Source: an uncultured Gammaproteobacteria bacterium (lineage in GTDB: Bacteria > Patescibacteriota > Microgenomatia > UBA12405). From it: a stretch of DNA of 64,000 nucleotides. Shown here piece by piece: positions 9,531 to 18,882 of the stretch. The notes under the pieces were generated by a model. That model was not told the origin of the DNA and searched no databases. It was given only the letters and a program-made list of their open reading frames with translations. How positions within the stretch are numbered: position 1 is the first letter of the stretch; every line of letters starts with the position of its first letter. The stretch is from positions 2,056 to 66,055 of the forward strand of contig CAZIZX010000002.1 in the NCBI GenBank assembly GCA_964544275.1, read 5' to 3'. Both the position numbers and the translations under genes were made by a program.

Positions 9531-9834
9531 TGCAGACAGCGTCGAGGCGGAAGCGGGAATAAGAAAGAGGGTGTGTCTGGATGAAACTTTGGGCAGTCTT
9601 TTGAATTTGTTTAATTTTGGAGGTAGAGATCATGTCTTCCGGGTTGCCAAAGTGGGAACCGATTTTGAGCTTGACTTCAACGAAGACGAGAGTATCTGAA
9701 TCTATCATTATCAGGTCAATTTCACCAAAACGGGTGTGGAAATTGTGATCGAGCGGTTGGAAACCTTTTTGGATTAAGAAATTTTGGGCAAGGGATTCGC
9801 CAAGTTTACCTTTGGAATAGTTTTGCTGTTTCAT
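9469..9834 (-). CDS. yraN: YraN-family (UPF0102) endonuclease
   Basis: 121 aa. ..AQNFLIQKGFQPLDHNFHTRFGEIDLIMIDSDTLVFVEVK.. is the UPF0102 pattern. Overlaps the comM stop (ATGA). Confidence 0.8.
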   Translation of the reverse strand: MKQQNYSKGKLGESLAQNFLIQKGFQPLDHNFHTRFGEIDLIMIDSDTLVFVEVKLKIGSHFGNPEDMISTSKIKQIQKTAQSFIQTHPLSYSRFRLDAVCIVLNQDNSVNRINHYENLSC

Positions 9835-11366
9835 TCTTGGGTTCTGATCCGATATTGTAAACTTTCGGCGATGTGGGTGTCGGTAATGGAATCTGATTGG
9901 GCCAGATCGGCAATAGTGCGGGAGACTTTAATAAGGCGAAAATAAGTGCGGGCGGAAAGAGCATATTTGTTGACGGCGGTTTTGAGGAGCAAGTTCCCTT
10001 GACGGGTGAGGTTGGCAAAAGCTTTGAGGTGAGAATTTTTCATGTCAGAATTGGTGTGGACGTTAGGGATATCTTTGAGGCGATGGGACTGGATTTGACG
10101 GGCGGTTAGTATCCGGGATTTGATATTTTCGGAACTTTCGGATTGAGGCTTGTTTGAGTTGACCATGAGTTTGTCAACGTCAACAGCAGGGACGTTGAGA
10201 TGAAGATCGATTCGGTCCATGATAGGACCGGAAAGTTTCTTTTGGTAGTTTAGGATTTGATGCTGGGTACACTTACATTCTTTTTTGGGATCATTTAAGT
10301 AGCCGCAGGGACAAGGATTAGCGGCGGCAACCAGCATGAATTGAGCAGGAAAGGTAACAGAACCGGAAGCGCGGGAGACGGTGATCTGGCCGTCTTCGAG
10401 AGGTTGACGGAGAGCTTCGAGACAGGAGCGGGGGAATTCGGGAAATTCATCCAAGAATAAAACGCCACGATGGGCCAAAGATACTTGGCCAGGCCGGGGA
10501 TTTCCGCCACCGCCGATGAGACCAATGGTGGAAGTAGTGTGGTGGGGAGATTGAAATGGACGGAGACGAATCAGAGAACCACCGGGAGGAATATTGCCGG
10601 TGATGGAGTAGATTTTGGTGACTTCGAGGCTTTCCTTTTGGGTAAGGTCGGGGAGGATGCCGGGGAGAGCGCGGGAGAGCATGGTTTTGCCACTGCCCGG
10701 ACTGCCCATCATAAAAATATTGTGGCCGCCAGCAGCGGCAATTTCCAGGGCGCGCTTGGCTTGTTGTTGGCCCAAAATTTCAGAAAAATTAAACTCAGGA
10801 TGAATATCGGACAGAAGTTGATCTGTTTTGATGGGTTTGAGAGGAGTCAGGATGCGGTCACCAGTGAGGTGTCGAATGAGTGAGTGGAGATTGTCAACCG
10901 GATAGACGTTGAGGCCGTCGATAACAGCGGCTTCGTTGGCGCAGAGGCGAGGGACAAAGAGGTTTTTGACACCCTGTTCTTTGGCCAAGACAGCCAGAAG
11001 AAAAACTCCAGTAGTGTGACGGAGGGAGCCGTCGAGGGATAATTCACCGTAGAAATAGGAAGGAATATTTGGCAGGGGAATTTGGGCGAAAGCAGAGACA
11101 ATGCCGACGGCAATAGGTAGGTCGTAACAAGAGCCGGTTTTGGGAAGGTCGGAAGGTGCCAGATTAACAGTAATCTTGGCGGTAGGAAATTCCAGGTTCG
11201 AGTTGATAATAGCGGTTTTGACCCGTTGGACAGCTTCTTCAACTGATTTATTACTGAGGCCGACAATGGAAAAACCAGGGAAGCCTTTGGAAGCAACATC
11301 GACTTCAACATCGATGTTGGTAGCCTGAAGGCCGTAACTGGTGGCAGAGGCAACTTTGACGAGCAC
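9831..11366 (-). CDS. comM: YifB/ComM-family Mg-chelatase-like AAA+ ATPase (competence-associated)
   Basis: 511 aa. N-terminal Lon-like domain, Walker A GSPGSGKTMLSRALPGILP, and a C-terminal region. GTG start. Confidence 0.9.
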   Translation of the reverse strand: MLVKVASATSYGLQATNIDVEVDVASKGFPGFSIVGLSNKSVEEAVQRVKTAIINSNLEFPTAKITVNLAPSDLPKTGSCYDLPIAVGIVSAFAQIPLPNIPSYFYGELSLDGSLRHTTGVFLLAVLAKEQGVKNLFVPRLCANEAAVIDGLNVYPVDNLHSLIRHLTGDRILTPLKPIKTDQLLSDIHPEFNFSEILGQQQAKRALEIAAAGGHNIFMMGSPGSGKTMLSRALPGILPDLTQKESLEVTKIYSITGNIPPGGSLIRLRPFQSPHHTTSTIGLIGGGGNPRPGQVSLAHRGVLFLDEFPEFPRSCLEALRQPLEDGQITVSRASGSVTFPAQFMLVAAANPCPCGYLNDPKKECKCTQHQILNYQKKLSGPIMDRIDLHLNVPAVDVDKLMVNSNKPQSESSENIKSRILTARQIQSHRLKDIPNVHTNSDMKNSHLKAFANLTRQGNLLLKTAVNKYALSARTYFRLIKVSRTIADLAQSDSITDTHIAESLQYRIRTQE

Positions 11367-11410
11367 TGATTAAAATGTAACACGGAAGAGAGTGAGGATA
11401 AATACAAAAT

Positions 11411-11827
11411 CTAATAGAAAACGACGGAGACGGTTTGGGGAACTTGGAGGCCATTGGATTGGGCAGAGACAGTGAAGCGGCCGGTAATGGAGGAAGAAAG
11501 ATCAAAAACAGCTTTGCCTGAATCGTCGGTGATAGGTTGAATAGGGTGGGCGTTAACGGTTGGAGGTAAATTGAGAGAGACATTTTGGTGGGGAATACCG
11601 AGCCCGCGGGAGTCGAGGAGAAAGACGGTGATGCGAACTAACTCTTGGCTATCGGCCTTGGCTTGAAGGGGTGAGGCAAAAAGATAGGAATTGGAGATGG
11701 AGCCGGCGGAGGTGGGTTGGCTAACTTGGGCCTGACCAAAAAAGACGGTGGTTTGCATTAAAAGATAAAGAGAGGCAAGCAGGGAGAGAACTAGAAATGC
11801 TATTAAGGCTATGATTCCGGGTTTCAT
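11411..11827 (-). CDS. Small secreted Big_1-like Ig-domain protein (paralog of 4351..4767)
   Basis: 138 aa. Signal/anchor, then ELVRITVFLLDSRGLGIPHQNVSLNLPP..TDDSGKAVFDLSSSITGRFTVSAQSNGL. Collinear similarity to the 4351 protein. Confidence 0.6.
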   Translation of the reverse strand: MKPGIIALIAFLVLSLLASLYLLMQTTVFFGQAQVSQPTSAGSISNSYLFASPLQAKADSQELVRITVFLLDSRGLGIPHQNVSLNLPPTVNAHPIQPITDDSGKAVFDLSSSITGRFTVSAQSNGLQVPQTVSVVFY

Positions 11828-11830
11828 TAA

Positions 11831-12682
11831 TTAATTGTAACGGATATTGGCAAGAGATACATGACGGATGGTCGGAAGATAACGAGGTGTGGGTTGAGGA
11901 AGAGTTTTTATTATCAAGTAGACAAAAAGAGTAAGAGTGAGAATAAAACAGGGGAGAAAAATAATCAGGAACTTGTGCGCCAGCCAGAAGAGATAGAGAA
12001 TAGAAGGAAGGCTGTAGTTTAGGGTATTTGATTTGGGGGTGTTGTTGTCTTGATAGAGAGCGGTGGCAAAGAGCCGGTAGTTGCTGGAATAGACGGTTGG
12101 CAGAGAGAAGCTGTAATTGCCAGATTCATCTGTTTTGATTGTAAATTGGGGTAAAGAGTAAGCATAGGTTTCTTTGGGGAAAGTCAAGGGATTTTGCTTG
12201 TCTTGGTAGAGGTAAATGTTGACAAAACTGTCAGGAATGGATTGACCTGAAGCCAGGCTGGTGGAATTGGCTTTGATATTATCGGAGTCGATGGTAATGG
12301 TGGGTGGTAGGAGGATGGGTCCGATATCGGTATGGATGTTTTCAGGAGGTGGTGGAGGGATACAGACGGGGTGGGAGCGGCGGGAGTGATTATCAGTGGA
12401 GGTGAGGCAAAGATCGGAAGGATTTTCGGGCAGGATAGACTTGTCAAATTCAAAGTAACCCGCTTGGTTGGTGTAAGTGACATCAAAAACCCGAGGAGAG
12501 CTAAGCTCAACCCGAGAATTGGGAGTGGTGAAGCCGTGAATGGTGACTTGATTCTTGCCAATGAAGGCTGATATCCGAACTGAAGGTGTTACTTCAGCTT
12601 GGGTGGAAGGAGGAGAAACTAAGATGAAAATAGTAGATATGGCTAAAAGTATGGCAGACCAGAATCTTTTAGGTACGATCAC
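11831..12682 (-). CDS. Secreted Ig-like surface protein with C-terminal TM anchor
   Basis: 283 aa. N-terminal signal peptide, beta-rich Ser/Thr/Asn-rich body, C-terminal hydrophobic helix (LIIFLPCFILTLTLFVYLII). Confidence 0.5.
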   Translation of the reverse strand: MIVPKRFWSAILLAISTIFILVSPPSTQAEVTPSVRISAFIGKNQVTIHGFTTPNSRVELSSPRVFDVTYTNQAGYFEFDKSILPENPSDLCLTSTDNHSRRSHPVCIPPPPPENIHTDIGPILLPPTITIDSDNIKANSTSLASGQSIPDSFVNIYLYQDKQNPLTFPKETYAYSLPQFTIKTDESGNYSFSLPTVYSSNYRLFATALYQDNNTPKSNTLNYSLPSILYLFWLAHKFLIIFLPCFILTLTLFVYLIIKTLPQPTPRYLPTIRHVSLANIRYN

Positions 12683-13652
12683 GGTATTTATTTTTTAGAT
12701 TTTCCAGATCAGGTTGATGAGGAGGCAGAGGTTTGTTTTTGTTGGTCCGATCCTTGTTCTTCAGGATAATGACGAGAAGAGCTATGAGAGCAATGAGGGC
12801 CATGAGGAAGGTGATGAGTCTCCAGGGAATGACCCAGAAGAAGACGGTGGCGGTTAATAGTCCGCCAGTAGTACCATAGGTGGCATTAACTTGAGCCTGA
12901 TAGCGACCAAGGAGCCATTTTTTGTCGAGTTGGTTAATAAATTCTCTTTGGGTATAGGGGAAGATATTGGTTTCGGTCAAGGGAAGTTGAGCGGTAGTAC
13001 CACCAAGCATATTTTTGATGGTGATTTGTCCGTTGGGGGTGATATGAACATCGGAAAGGTTTTCGATAATAGTTTGGATGTCTATGGGTCCGAATTCAGA
13101 AAAGCCAGGTACCGTTAGGTCAACAATGCGGGCATCCTGTTTGATATCTCCGGGAACGGTAATATAGATGAGGCTGCCAACATTGGTTTCGATAGCGGCG
13201 CCGGTGGTATCGAGAAAGACATCAGTTTGAGGATTGTGGAGGACCATAGCATAATGTCCACCAGGAAGGGCGTCAATTGGAGCAATAACGGTTAAGATGA
13301 GAGACTTGGTCTCACCCGGTTTAAGTTTGAGTTGAGTGGGAGAGACCTGAATCCAGGAACTAGCGGCCCAACGATTATCTTCTTCGGTAACGCCGTCAAT
13401 CTGAACAGGGGTACCGATAGTATCGGTGACGACGAAATCCTTGACATTGGTGGTGATAACTTTTTCGGTTTGAGATTCGTTCCGGACCTTGATCTCTTTG
13501 CTGACATGTTGGCCGGGCTCAACAGTGATTTCCAGTCGTGGAGGTATAGCCGATAGACCCAGAGCCGACTGAGCTTTGACATGGGGTGTTAGAAGGAAAT
13601 AAGTAGCTGATAGGAGTAGGAGGATGAGGCTGGTTTTGAATATATTTTTCAT
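12669..13652 (-). CDS. DUF916/DUF3324-like (CscA-like) cell-surface protein with C-terminal TM anchor
   Basis: Likely start at the internal MKNIFK (complement of 13650-13652), which precedes a signal peptide. The longer ORF start is 13748. The C-terminal block ..LGRYQAQVNATYGTTGGLLTATVFFWVIPW + TM matches the DUF3324 pattern (G-x-Y ... F-x-I + TM). Paralog of 18014..18880. Confidence 0.5.
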   Translation of the reverse strand: MKNIFKTSLILLLLSATYFLLTPHVKAQSALGLSAIPPRLEITVEPGQHVSKEIKVRNESQTEKVITTNVKDFVVTDTIGTPVQIDGVTEEDNRWAASSWIQVSPTQLKLKPGETKSLILTVIAPIDALPGGHYAMVLHNPQTDVFLDTTGAAIETNVGSLIYITVPGDIKQDARIVDLTVPGFSEFGPIDIQTIIENLSDVHITPNGQITIKNMLGGTTAQLPLTETNIFPYTQREFINQLDKKWLLGRYQAQVNATYGTTGGLLTATVFFWVIPWRLITFLMALIALIALLVIILKNKDRTNKNKPLPPHQPDLENLKNKYRDRT

Positions 13653-13663
13653 TGTTTTTTGGA

Positions 13664-15145
13664 TTAAAATGTGGCGGTAGCAGTATAAACAACTTTTGTT
13701 TCGTAGTTGCCGGCAGCTTGAAGGGTGTTGGCAACGATCCGGTAGCACATATAGATACTTTCGACAGCAGTAGGAGTGCTGGCATTGCTCATAATATTTT
13801 GGGCATTGACGAAACCGATGCCGAAGGGTTTGGCGGTGAAAGTAGTGCCGCTGGTGTTGTATTGAAAGGGAACGGTGGTGGCGTTGATATTCTGAATTGA
13901 ATAGCCAAAGCCAGATTCGGCCACATCCGAATGCCAGCGGGCGGCGGTAGTGACAGAACAGGTATAAGTAGGATTGTCGCAGTTAGTATCAGGGATGGTG
14001 GTACCGGTAGATATATTTGATAGATAACCGGATTCGTAGACGGTAACGGCGTAACCATTAGTGGCGTTAGTAGTAGCGCTAAGTCTTTGGGCTAGATTAT
14101 TACCGGTACTGCCGATGGAGAGTGAACCGAAAGCGACGGTAGTGGCGGTGGTGTTGTTGGCGCTGGCACCGAGAACATTACCGCAACGGGTCTGGCCGGA
14201 GCCGACGCCGGAATTGTCGATAGTAAAGGTAATAGTAGGATCAACCGTGGCGGTGACCCGAACCGATTCGACAACGGCGATACGACCTGAAGCGGTGTCG
14301 GCATCGATGACGGCACCAGTGGAATCCAAGTGGCGAACGAAGAAATTATAAACATCGGCAACGCCTTCGGAGGAGTAGGGGCGGCTGACTGAAGAGCTGG
14401 GATTGATCAGTTGACTACCGGTAGATAAATCGCGACCGATGCCGATACTGGTACCGATGTCGACCGGATTGTTAGCACCGGCGGCGAGAGTACAAGTAAT
14501 AGAGTGGTAAAGATTGCTACCAATAGTAACATTGGTGACTCCGATTGAGGCAGTGCCAAAAGGACAGGTGATATCGGCTGGTTTGAGACGGGTACCGATG
14601 CCAGTGTTGGTGGAGCCAACGTCGGAGCCGAGATCGAAGCCCTGCTGGTCGGGCATACCGTCAGCTGCCAGTTCCCCGACTCGGGAAGTAGCTTTTATGA
14701 GTAGTTGCCAGGCGCCGCCAGTGACAGAGCTTTTGGGAGTGAAATAGGTGGTGTGGATGGCTGATCGGGTAGCAACGATGATGCTAGTGTTGAAAGAATT
14801 ATTGTGAGCCAAGGTACCGCCGATTTGAAAGACGGCGGTGTTGCCGATACCGCTGACTGTGTAGTGGTCAAGTCCAGTGACTCCAGTTTTGGCGATACCG
14901 ATGACATCGCCGGCAAAGAGATTGGAGGTGGTATTGGACGGATTGCCGGAGGTCTGGATGGTTAGAAACGAACTGCCGGCAGTATTGCCGGTTCCAAGAC
15001 GGGCAAAGTAAGACATTTGAGAGTTGGACAGGACATTGCGGACACTGGTGGGTGGTACTGATCGAATATTGCTTTTGGGTGCCAGTAAAGAAATGGCTCC
15101 AACAGCAGTTAGTACGAGTAAGGTCCTAACCGTTAATTTTTTCAT
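13664..15145 (-). CDS. Secreted surface protein with WxL-like C-terminal domain (ends ..AAGNYETKVVYTATATF)
   Basis: 493 aa. Signal peptide MKKLTVRTLLVLTAVGAISLLAP. The C-terminal ~170 aa (TIPDTNCDNPTYTCS..W..GFGYS..AGNYETKVVY) are homologous to the C-terminus of 18883..19645. Confidence 0.5.
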   Translation of the reverse strand: MKKLTVRTLLVLTAVGAISLLAPKSNIRSVPPTSVRNVLSNSQMSYFARLGTGNTAGSSFLTIQTSGNPSNTTSNLFAGDVIGIAKTGVTGLDHYTVSGIGNTAVFQIGGTLAHNNSFNTSIIVATRSAIHTTYFTPKSSVTGGAWQLLIKATSRVGELAADGMPDQQGFDLGSDVGSTNTGIGTRLKPADITCPFGTASIGVTNVTIGSNLYHSITCTLAAGANNPVDIGTSIGIGRDLSTGSQLINPSSSVSRPYSSEGVADVYNFFVRHLDSTGAVIDADTASGRIAVVESVRVTATVDPTITFTIDNSGVGSGQTRCGNVLGASANNTTATTVAFGSLSIGSTGNNLAQRLSATTNATNGYAVTVYESGYLSNISTGTTIPDTNCDNPTYTCSVTTAARWHSDVAESGFGYSIQNINATTVPFQYNTSGTTFTAKPFGIGFVNAQNIMSNASTPTAVESIYMCYRIVANTLQAAGNYETKVVYTATATF

Positions 15146-15347
15146 TAAGGATTGCGCGTTTGTTAATGTTAATAATTAAAGATAGTGGAGAGAGAGAGTG
15201 GTTGTCAAGAGCTTGATTATTACTTTATGTGTGTGGTTTTGGAGAAAGGTGGTAATTGGATGTTCTGGGAGGTTGAAAATTAGGCGGTTTGGGGATAAAG
15301 TATGCAATACTAGATACGTATTAAAAGTTTTTTAAAAAGGACCAATC

Positions 15348-17987
15348 ATGCAAAAATATGTCTATTTTTTCGGTAATGGCAAGGCAGAAGGCGATAAGGA
15401 GATGAAGTTTTTGTTGGGTGGGAAAGGAGCGAATTTGGCGGAAATGACTAATTTGGGTGTACCCGTACCTCCAGGAATTACGATTTCGACTGAAGTTTGC
15501 CGATATTATTATGAGCATGATAAGTCTTATCCGGCAGAATTACAGAAAGAAATTGATGAGGGGTTGAAAAAAATAGAGGGAGTGACGGGGAAGAAGTTTG
15601 GTGACGAAAAAAATCCATTGCTGGTTTCGGTCAGGTCCGGAGCAGCTGCTTCGATGCCGGGGATGATGGATACGATATTAAATTTGGGTTTGACTGATAA
15701 GACAATTAAGGGGGTAATTGAGAAGTCGGGAAATCCGAGATTTGCCTGGGATTCTTATCGAAGATTTGTTCAGATGTTTGGTAACGTGGTGGATGGGATT
15801 GAACATGAGAAGTTTGAACATGTGATTGAGAGCATTAAAAACAAAAAGGGAATTAAAGAGGATTTGGAAATGAAGGCGGAGGATTGGGAGGAAGTGGTGG
15901 CCGGTTACCGGAAGCTTTATGTAATTGAAAAAGGTGAAGATTTTCCCCAGGACCCAAGAGTGCAACTGGAAAGATCAATTAACGCTGTTTTTGGGTCGTG
16001 GAATAATCCTCGAGCAATTACGTATAGAATATTGAATAAAATTGATGAGAAAAAGATATTCGGGACGGCGGTAAATGTTCAGTCAATGGTGTTTGGGAAT
16101 ATGGGTGAAGATTCGGGAACGGGAGTAGCTTTTACCCGAAATCCGTCAACGGGAGAAAACAAACCGTATGGTGAGTACTTAATGAATGCCCAAGGTGAGG
16201 ATGTAGTGGCCGGGATCCGAACACCTAAACATTTAGAATTACTAAGAGAAGATAATGAGGCTGCTTATGATCAGTTGATGGCTTTGTTTGACCGACTGGA
16301 AAAGCACTATAGAGATATGCAGGATGTGGAGTTTACTATAGAGAATGGGACATTATATGTGCTGCAGACCAGAAACGGCAAGAGAACTGCAGCAGCGGCA
16401 GTCAAAGTGGCGGTAGATTTGGTGGCTGAGGGAATGATTGATGAAAAAGTGGCATTAACGCGGGTTGAGGCTGAAGCTTTGGATCAGTTACTTCACCCGA
16501 CTTTGGACCCAAAATCCAAAAAAGATTTTAAGGTGATAGCTACCGGATTACCAGCTTCGCCGGGAGCGGCTTATGGTGCGGCGGTATTTACAGCCGAAGA
16601 CGCGGTAGAGAAAGCCGAGGCCGGTAAGAAAGTGATTTTGGTTCGGGCTGAGACTTCACCGGAGGATTTGGCCGGGATGCATGCGGCCCAGGGAATATTA
16701 ACAGCCAGGGGTGGTATGACTTCGCATGCGGCGGTAGTAGCCAGGGGCATGGGTAAGTGCTGCGTGTCCGGAGCTGAGTCGGTGGTGGTGTCAGAAAAGG
16801 CCAAAAACTTTAGAGTGGGTGAACTGACTGTGGCCGAGGGTGACATGATCACTTTGGACGGGTCAACCGGGGAAGTGTTTTTGGGACAGGTTTTGACCCA
16901 GACGCCGAGTTTGAGTGGAGATTTTGGAAAATTGATGTCCTGGGCAGATAAATACCGAAAGATGGGTGTTCGGACTAATGCTGATACGCCCAAGGATGCC
17001 AAAACGGCTCGGGAATTTGGAGCGGAAGGGATCGGTCTTTGCCGGACTGAGCATATGTTTTTTGAAGGAGACAGAATTTTTGCAGTGAGGCAGATGATTG
17101 TGTCGGAAACTTTGGAACAGAGAGAAGCGGCTTTGGCCAAGATCTATCCAATGCAGAAAAATGATTTCAAGCAGTTATTTGAAATTATGAAGGGTTTGCC
17201 GGTGAAAATCAGGCTGCTGGACCCGCCTTTGCATGAATTTTTGCCCAAAGAGGAAGCTGATATTGAGGCTATTGCCAAAGAAATGGGAATTACGGTGGAA
17301 AGACTAAAGGATAAGATTGAGTACTTGGCCGAATTTAATCCAATGATGGGTCATCGGGGAGTAAGGCTGGGGGTGACTTATCCCGAAATTTACCAGATGC
17401 AGGTACGGGCAATTATTGATGCGGCTTGTGAACTGAAAAAGGAAACAGGAGAGGAAATAGTGCCGGAGATTATGATCCCTCTAATTGGAGAGGCGGCGGA
17501 AATGCGTTGGATTAAAGCCAAATTATTACCGGTAATTGAGGAAACCATCAAAAAGGCCGGGGTGACATTGAAATATGAAGTGGGGACGATGATTGAAATT
17601 CCAAGAGCGGCCCTGTTGGCTGACGAGATAGCCGAAGAAGCGGACTTTTTCTCTTTTGGGACCAATGATTTGACCCAGATGACTTACGGTTTTTCCCGAG
17701 ATGATGCGGGTAAGTTTTTGAAAGAGTATTTGAAAGAGAAAATAATGGCTGAGGATCCTTTCCGAAGTGTGGATCAGGCCGGGGTGGGTAAGCTGATGGA
17801 AATGTCAGTGAGCTTGGGGCGGAAGGTAAGAAAGGATATGCATATCGGGATTTGTGGTGAGCAGGGAGGAGACCCTCAGACGGTGAAATTTTGTCACCGG
17901 ATTGGGTTGACTTATGTGTCGTGTTCACCCTTCCGGGTACCGATTGCTCGACTGGCGGCGGCCCAGGCAGCAGTGGAAGAATCGTGA
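15348..17987 (+). CDS. ppdK: Pyruvate, phosphate dikinase
   Basis: 879 aa. N-terminal ATP-grasp, central phospho-His domain (..GGMTSHAAVVARGMGKCCV..), C-terminal PEP-utilising TIM barrel. AAGGA 6 nt upstream. Confidence 0.95.
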   Translation: MQKYVYFFGNGKAEGDKEMKFLLGGKGANLAEMTNLGVPVPPGITISTEVCRYYYEHDKSYPAELQKEIDEGLKKIEGVTGKKFGDEKNPLLVSVRSGAAASMPGMMDTILNLGLTDKTIKGVIEKSGNPRFAWDSYRRFVQMFGNVVDGIEHEKFEHVIESIKNKKGIKEDLEMKAEDWEEVVAGYRKLYVIEKGEDFPQDPRVQLERSINAVFGSWNNPRAITYRILNKIDEKKIFGTAVNVQSMVFGNMGEDSGTGVAFTRNPSTGENKPYGEYLMNAQGEDVVAGIRTPKHLELLREDNEAAYDQLMALFDRLEKHYRDMQDVEFTIENGTLYVLQTRNGKRTAAAAVKVAVDLVAEGMIDEKVALTRVEAEALDQLLHPTLDPKSKKDFKVIATGLPASPGAAYGAAVFTAEDAVEKAEAGKKVILVRAETSPEDLAGMHAAQGILTARGGMTSHAAVVARGMGKCCVSGAESVVVSEKAKNFRVGELTVAEGDMITLDGSTGEVFLGQVLTQTPSLSGDFGKLMSWADKYRKMGVRTNADTPKDAKTAREFGAEGIGLCRTEHMFFEGDRIFAVRQMIVSETLEQREAALAKIYPMQKNDFKQLFEIMKGLPVKIRLLDPPLHEFLPKEEADIEAIAKEMGITVERLKDKIEYLAEFNPMMGHRGVRLGVTYPEIYQMQVRAIIDAACELKKETGEEIVPEIMIPLIGEAAEMRWIKAKLLPVIEETIKKAGVTLKYEVGTMIEIPRAALLADEIAEEADFFSFGTNDLTQMTYGFSRDDAGKFLKEYLKEKIMAEDPFRSVDQAGVGKLMEMSVSLGRKVRKDMHIGICGEQGGDPQTVKFCHRIGLTYVSCSPFRVPIARLAAAQAAVEES

Positions 17988-18013
17988 GGCTTGAAATTAG
18001 AGAAAGTGGGGGG

Positions 18014-18880
18014 TTAAGAGGTTCGGTGTCGAGGTAGTTTGTGGTGGCGATAAAAGGTTAGAGCAAGCAAGGAAAGTGGCAGCAGAAGAATTAGTAGAGA
18101 AAAAGGGAAGACGTAGAAGGTGGTAGTGACGGGTTTGGCGGAGTCGGTAGCGGAGAGAGAGAGGCTGGCAGTGTAAGCTCCGGGCCAGAAGGGTGGTTTG
18201 AGGGTGCAGGTGTGAGCGGGAGTGCAAAGGATAGAGCGGGAGTGGTTGGCCAAGACGTTTTGGGGAGATAGCTGCAATTGGACCATTTCCCGGTTATCTT
18301 TGTAAACTGTGATTTTACCTTCAGTTTTGAAGAAATTACCGGTCTGGTTTTTGATGAGGGCGGAGAGATTGACAGGAGTAAGGAAGCAGTCTTTGATTTT
18401 GGGCAGGGCAATAAAGTCGAATATTTGAGCAGAAAGAGGTAGTTTTTCGGTATCGGAGACAGAGAAGAGAAGGTGAGAGCCGATTTTGGCGTGAGTGCTG
18501 GATCTGGCTGAGTCAGGATTGATTTGGTTAGTTTGGGCTTGATTGACAAAAAGGGTGTAGTAATAATCTTTTTTGAGAGTATTTGAATCGGGCTTGATCT
18601 TGAGGACCAGTTGTCTTTTTTCGTCGGGTTTTAGGGCGAAAGTATCTCCCAATTTCAGGTCGGCGTTGTTGAGGGAAAATTGGATGTTTTCACTTTCGGG
18701 GACATGATCGTAGGAAAGCGAGCCGTCCGATCCGGAAGGTTGCCAGGCTTCGACGGAGGTGTTTAAGTAAAGGGTGTTGCCGGAGTTGTTGGTTAAGTCA
18801 TATGCCTGAAGGACAGTGGCACCGGGTTTGATGATAAATTCGGATTGGGCTGGATTGATGGTGAGACTGTAATCGGCCAT
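18014..18880 (-). CDS. DUF916/DUF3324-like (CscA-like) surface protein with C-terminal TM anchor (paralog of 12669..13652)
   Basis: 288 aa. ..LKPPFWPGAYTASLSLSATDSAKPVTTTFYVFP + TM FSLLILLLPLSLLALTF has the same G-x-Y...F-x-V + TM architecture. The N-terminal region is similar to the 12669 gene. Confidence 0.5.
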   Translation of the reverse strand: MADYSLTINPAQSEFIIKPGATVLQAYDLTNNSGNTLYLNTSVEAWQPSGSDGSLSYDHVPESENIQFSLNNADLKLGDTFALKPDEKRQLVLKIKPDSNTLKKDYYYTLFVNQAQTNQINPDSARSSTHAKIGSHLLFSVSDTEKLPLSAQIFDFIALPKIKDCFLTPVNLSALIKNQTGNFFKTEGKITVYKDNREMVQLQLSPQNVLANHSRSILCTPAHTCTLKPPFWPGAYTASLSLSATDSAKPVTTTFYVFPFSLLILLLPLSLLALTFYRHHKLPRHRTS

Positions 18881-18882
18881 GG

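Noticed and set aside
10470-11407. Several 60-190-aa ORFs (10470..10883 +, 10615..10803 +, 10847..11407 -, 11140..11328 +)
   Set aside because: All overlap the well-supported comM/yifB gene in other frames or on the antisense strand, and have no recognisable motifs.
16571-17140. 189-aa minus-strand ORF inside ppdK, and similar shadows (17390..17928, 24633..25144, 25731..26297, 57738..58358, 59072..59731)
   Set aside because: Antisense shadows within strongly supported long genes (ppdK, leuS, nrdJ). Low-complexity translations.
18091-18549. 152-aa minus-strand ORF
   Set aside because: It is the alternative frame of the DUF916-like gene 18014..18880. Its Pro/Ser-rich translation has no anchor or signal.
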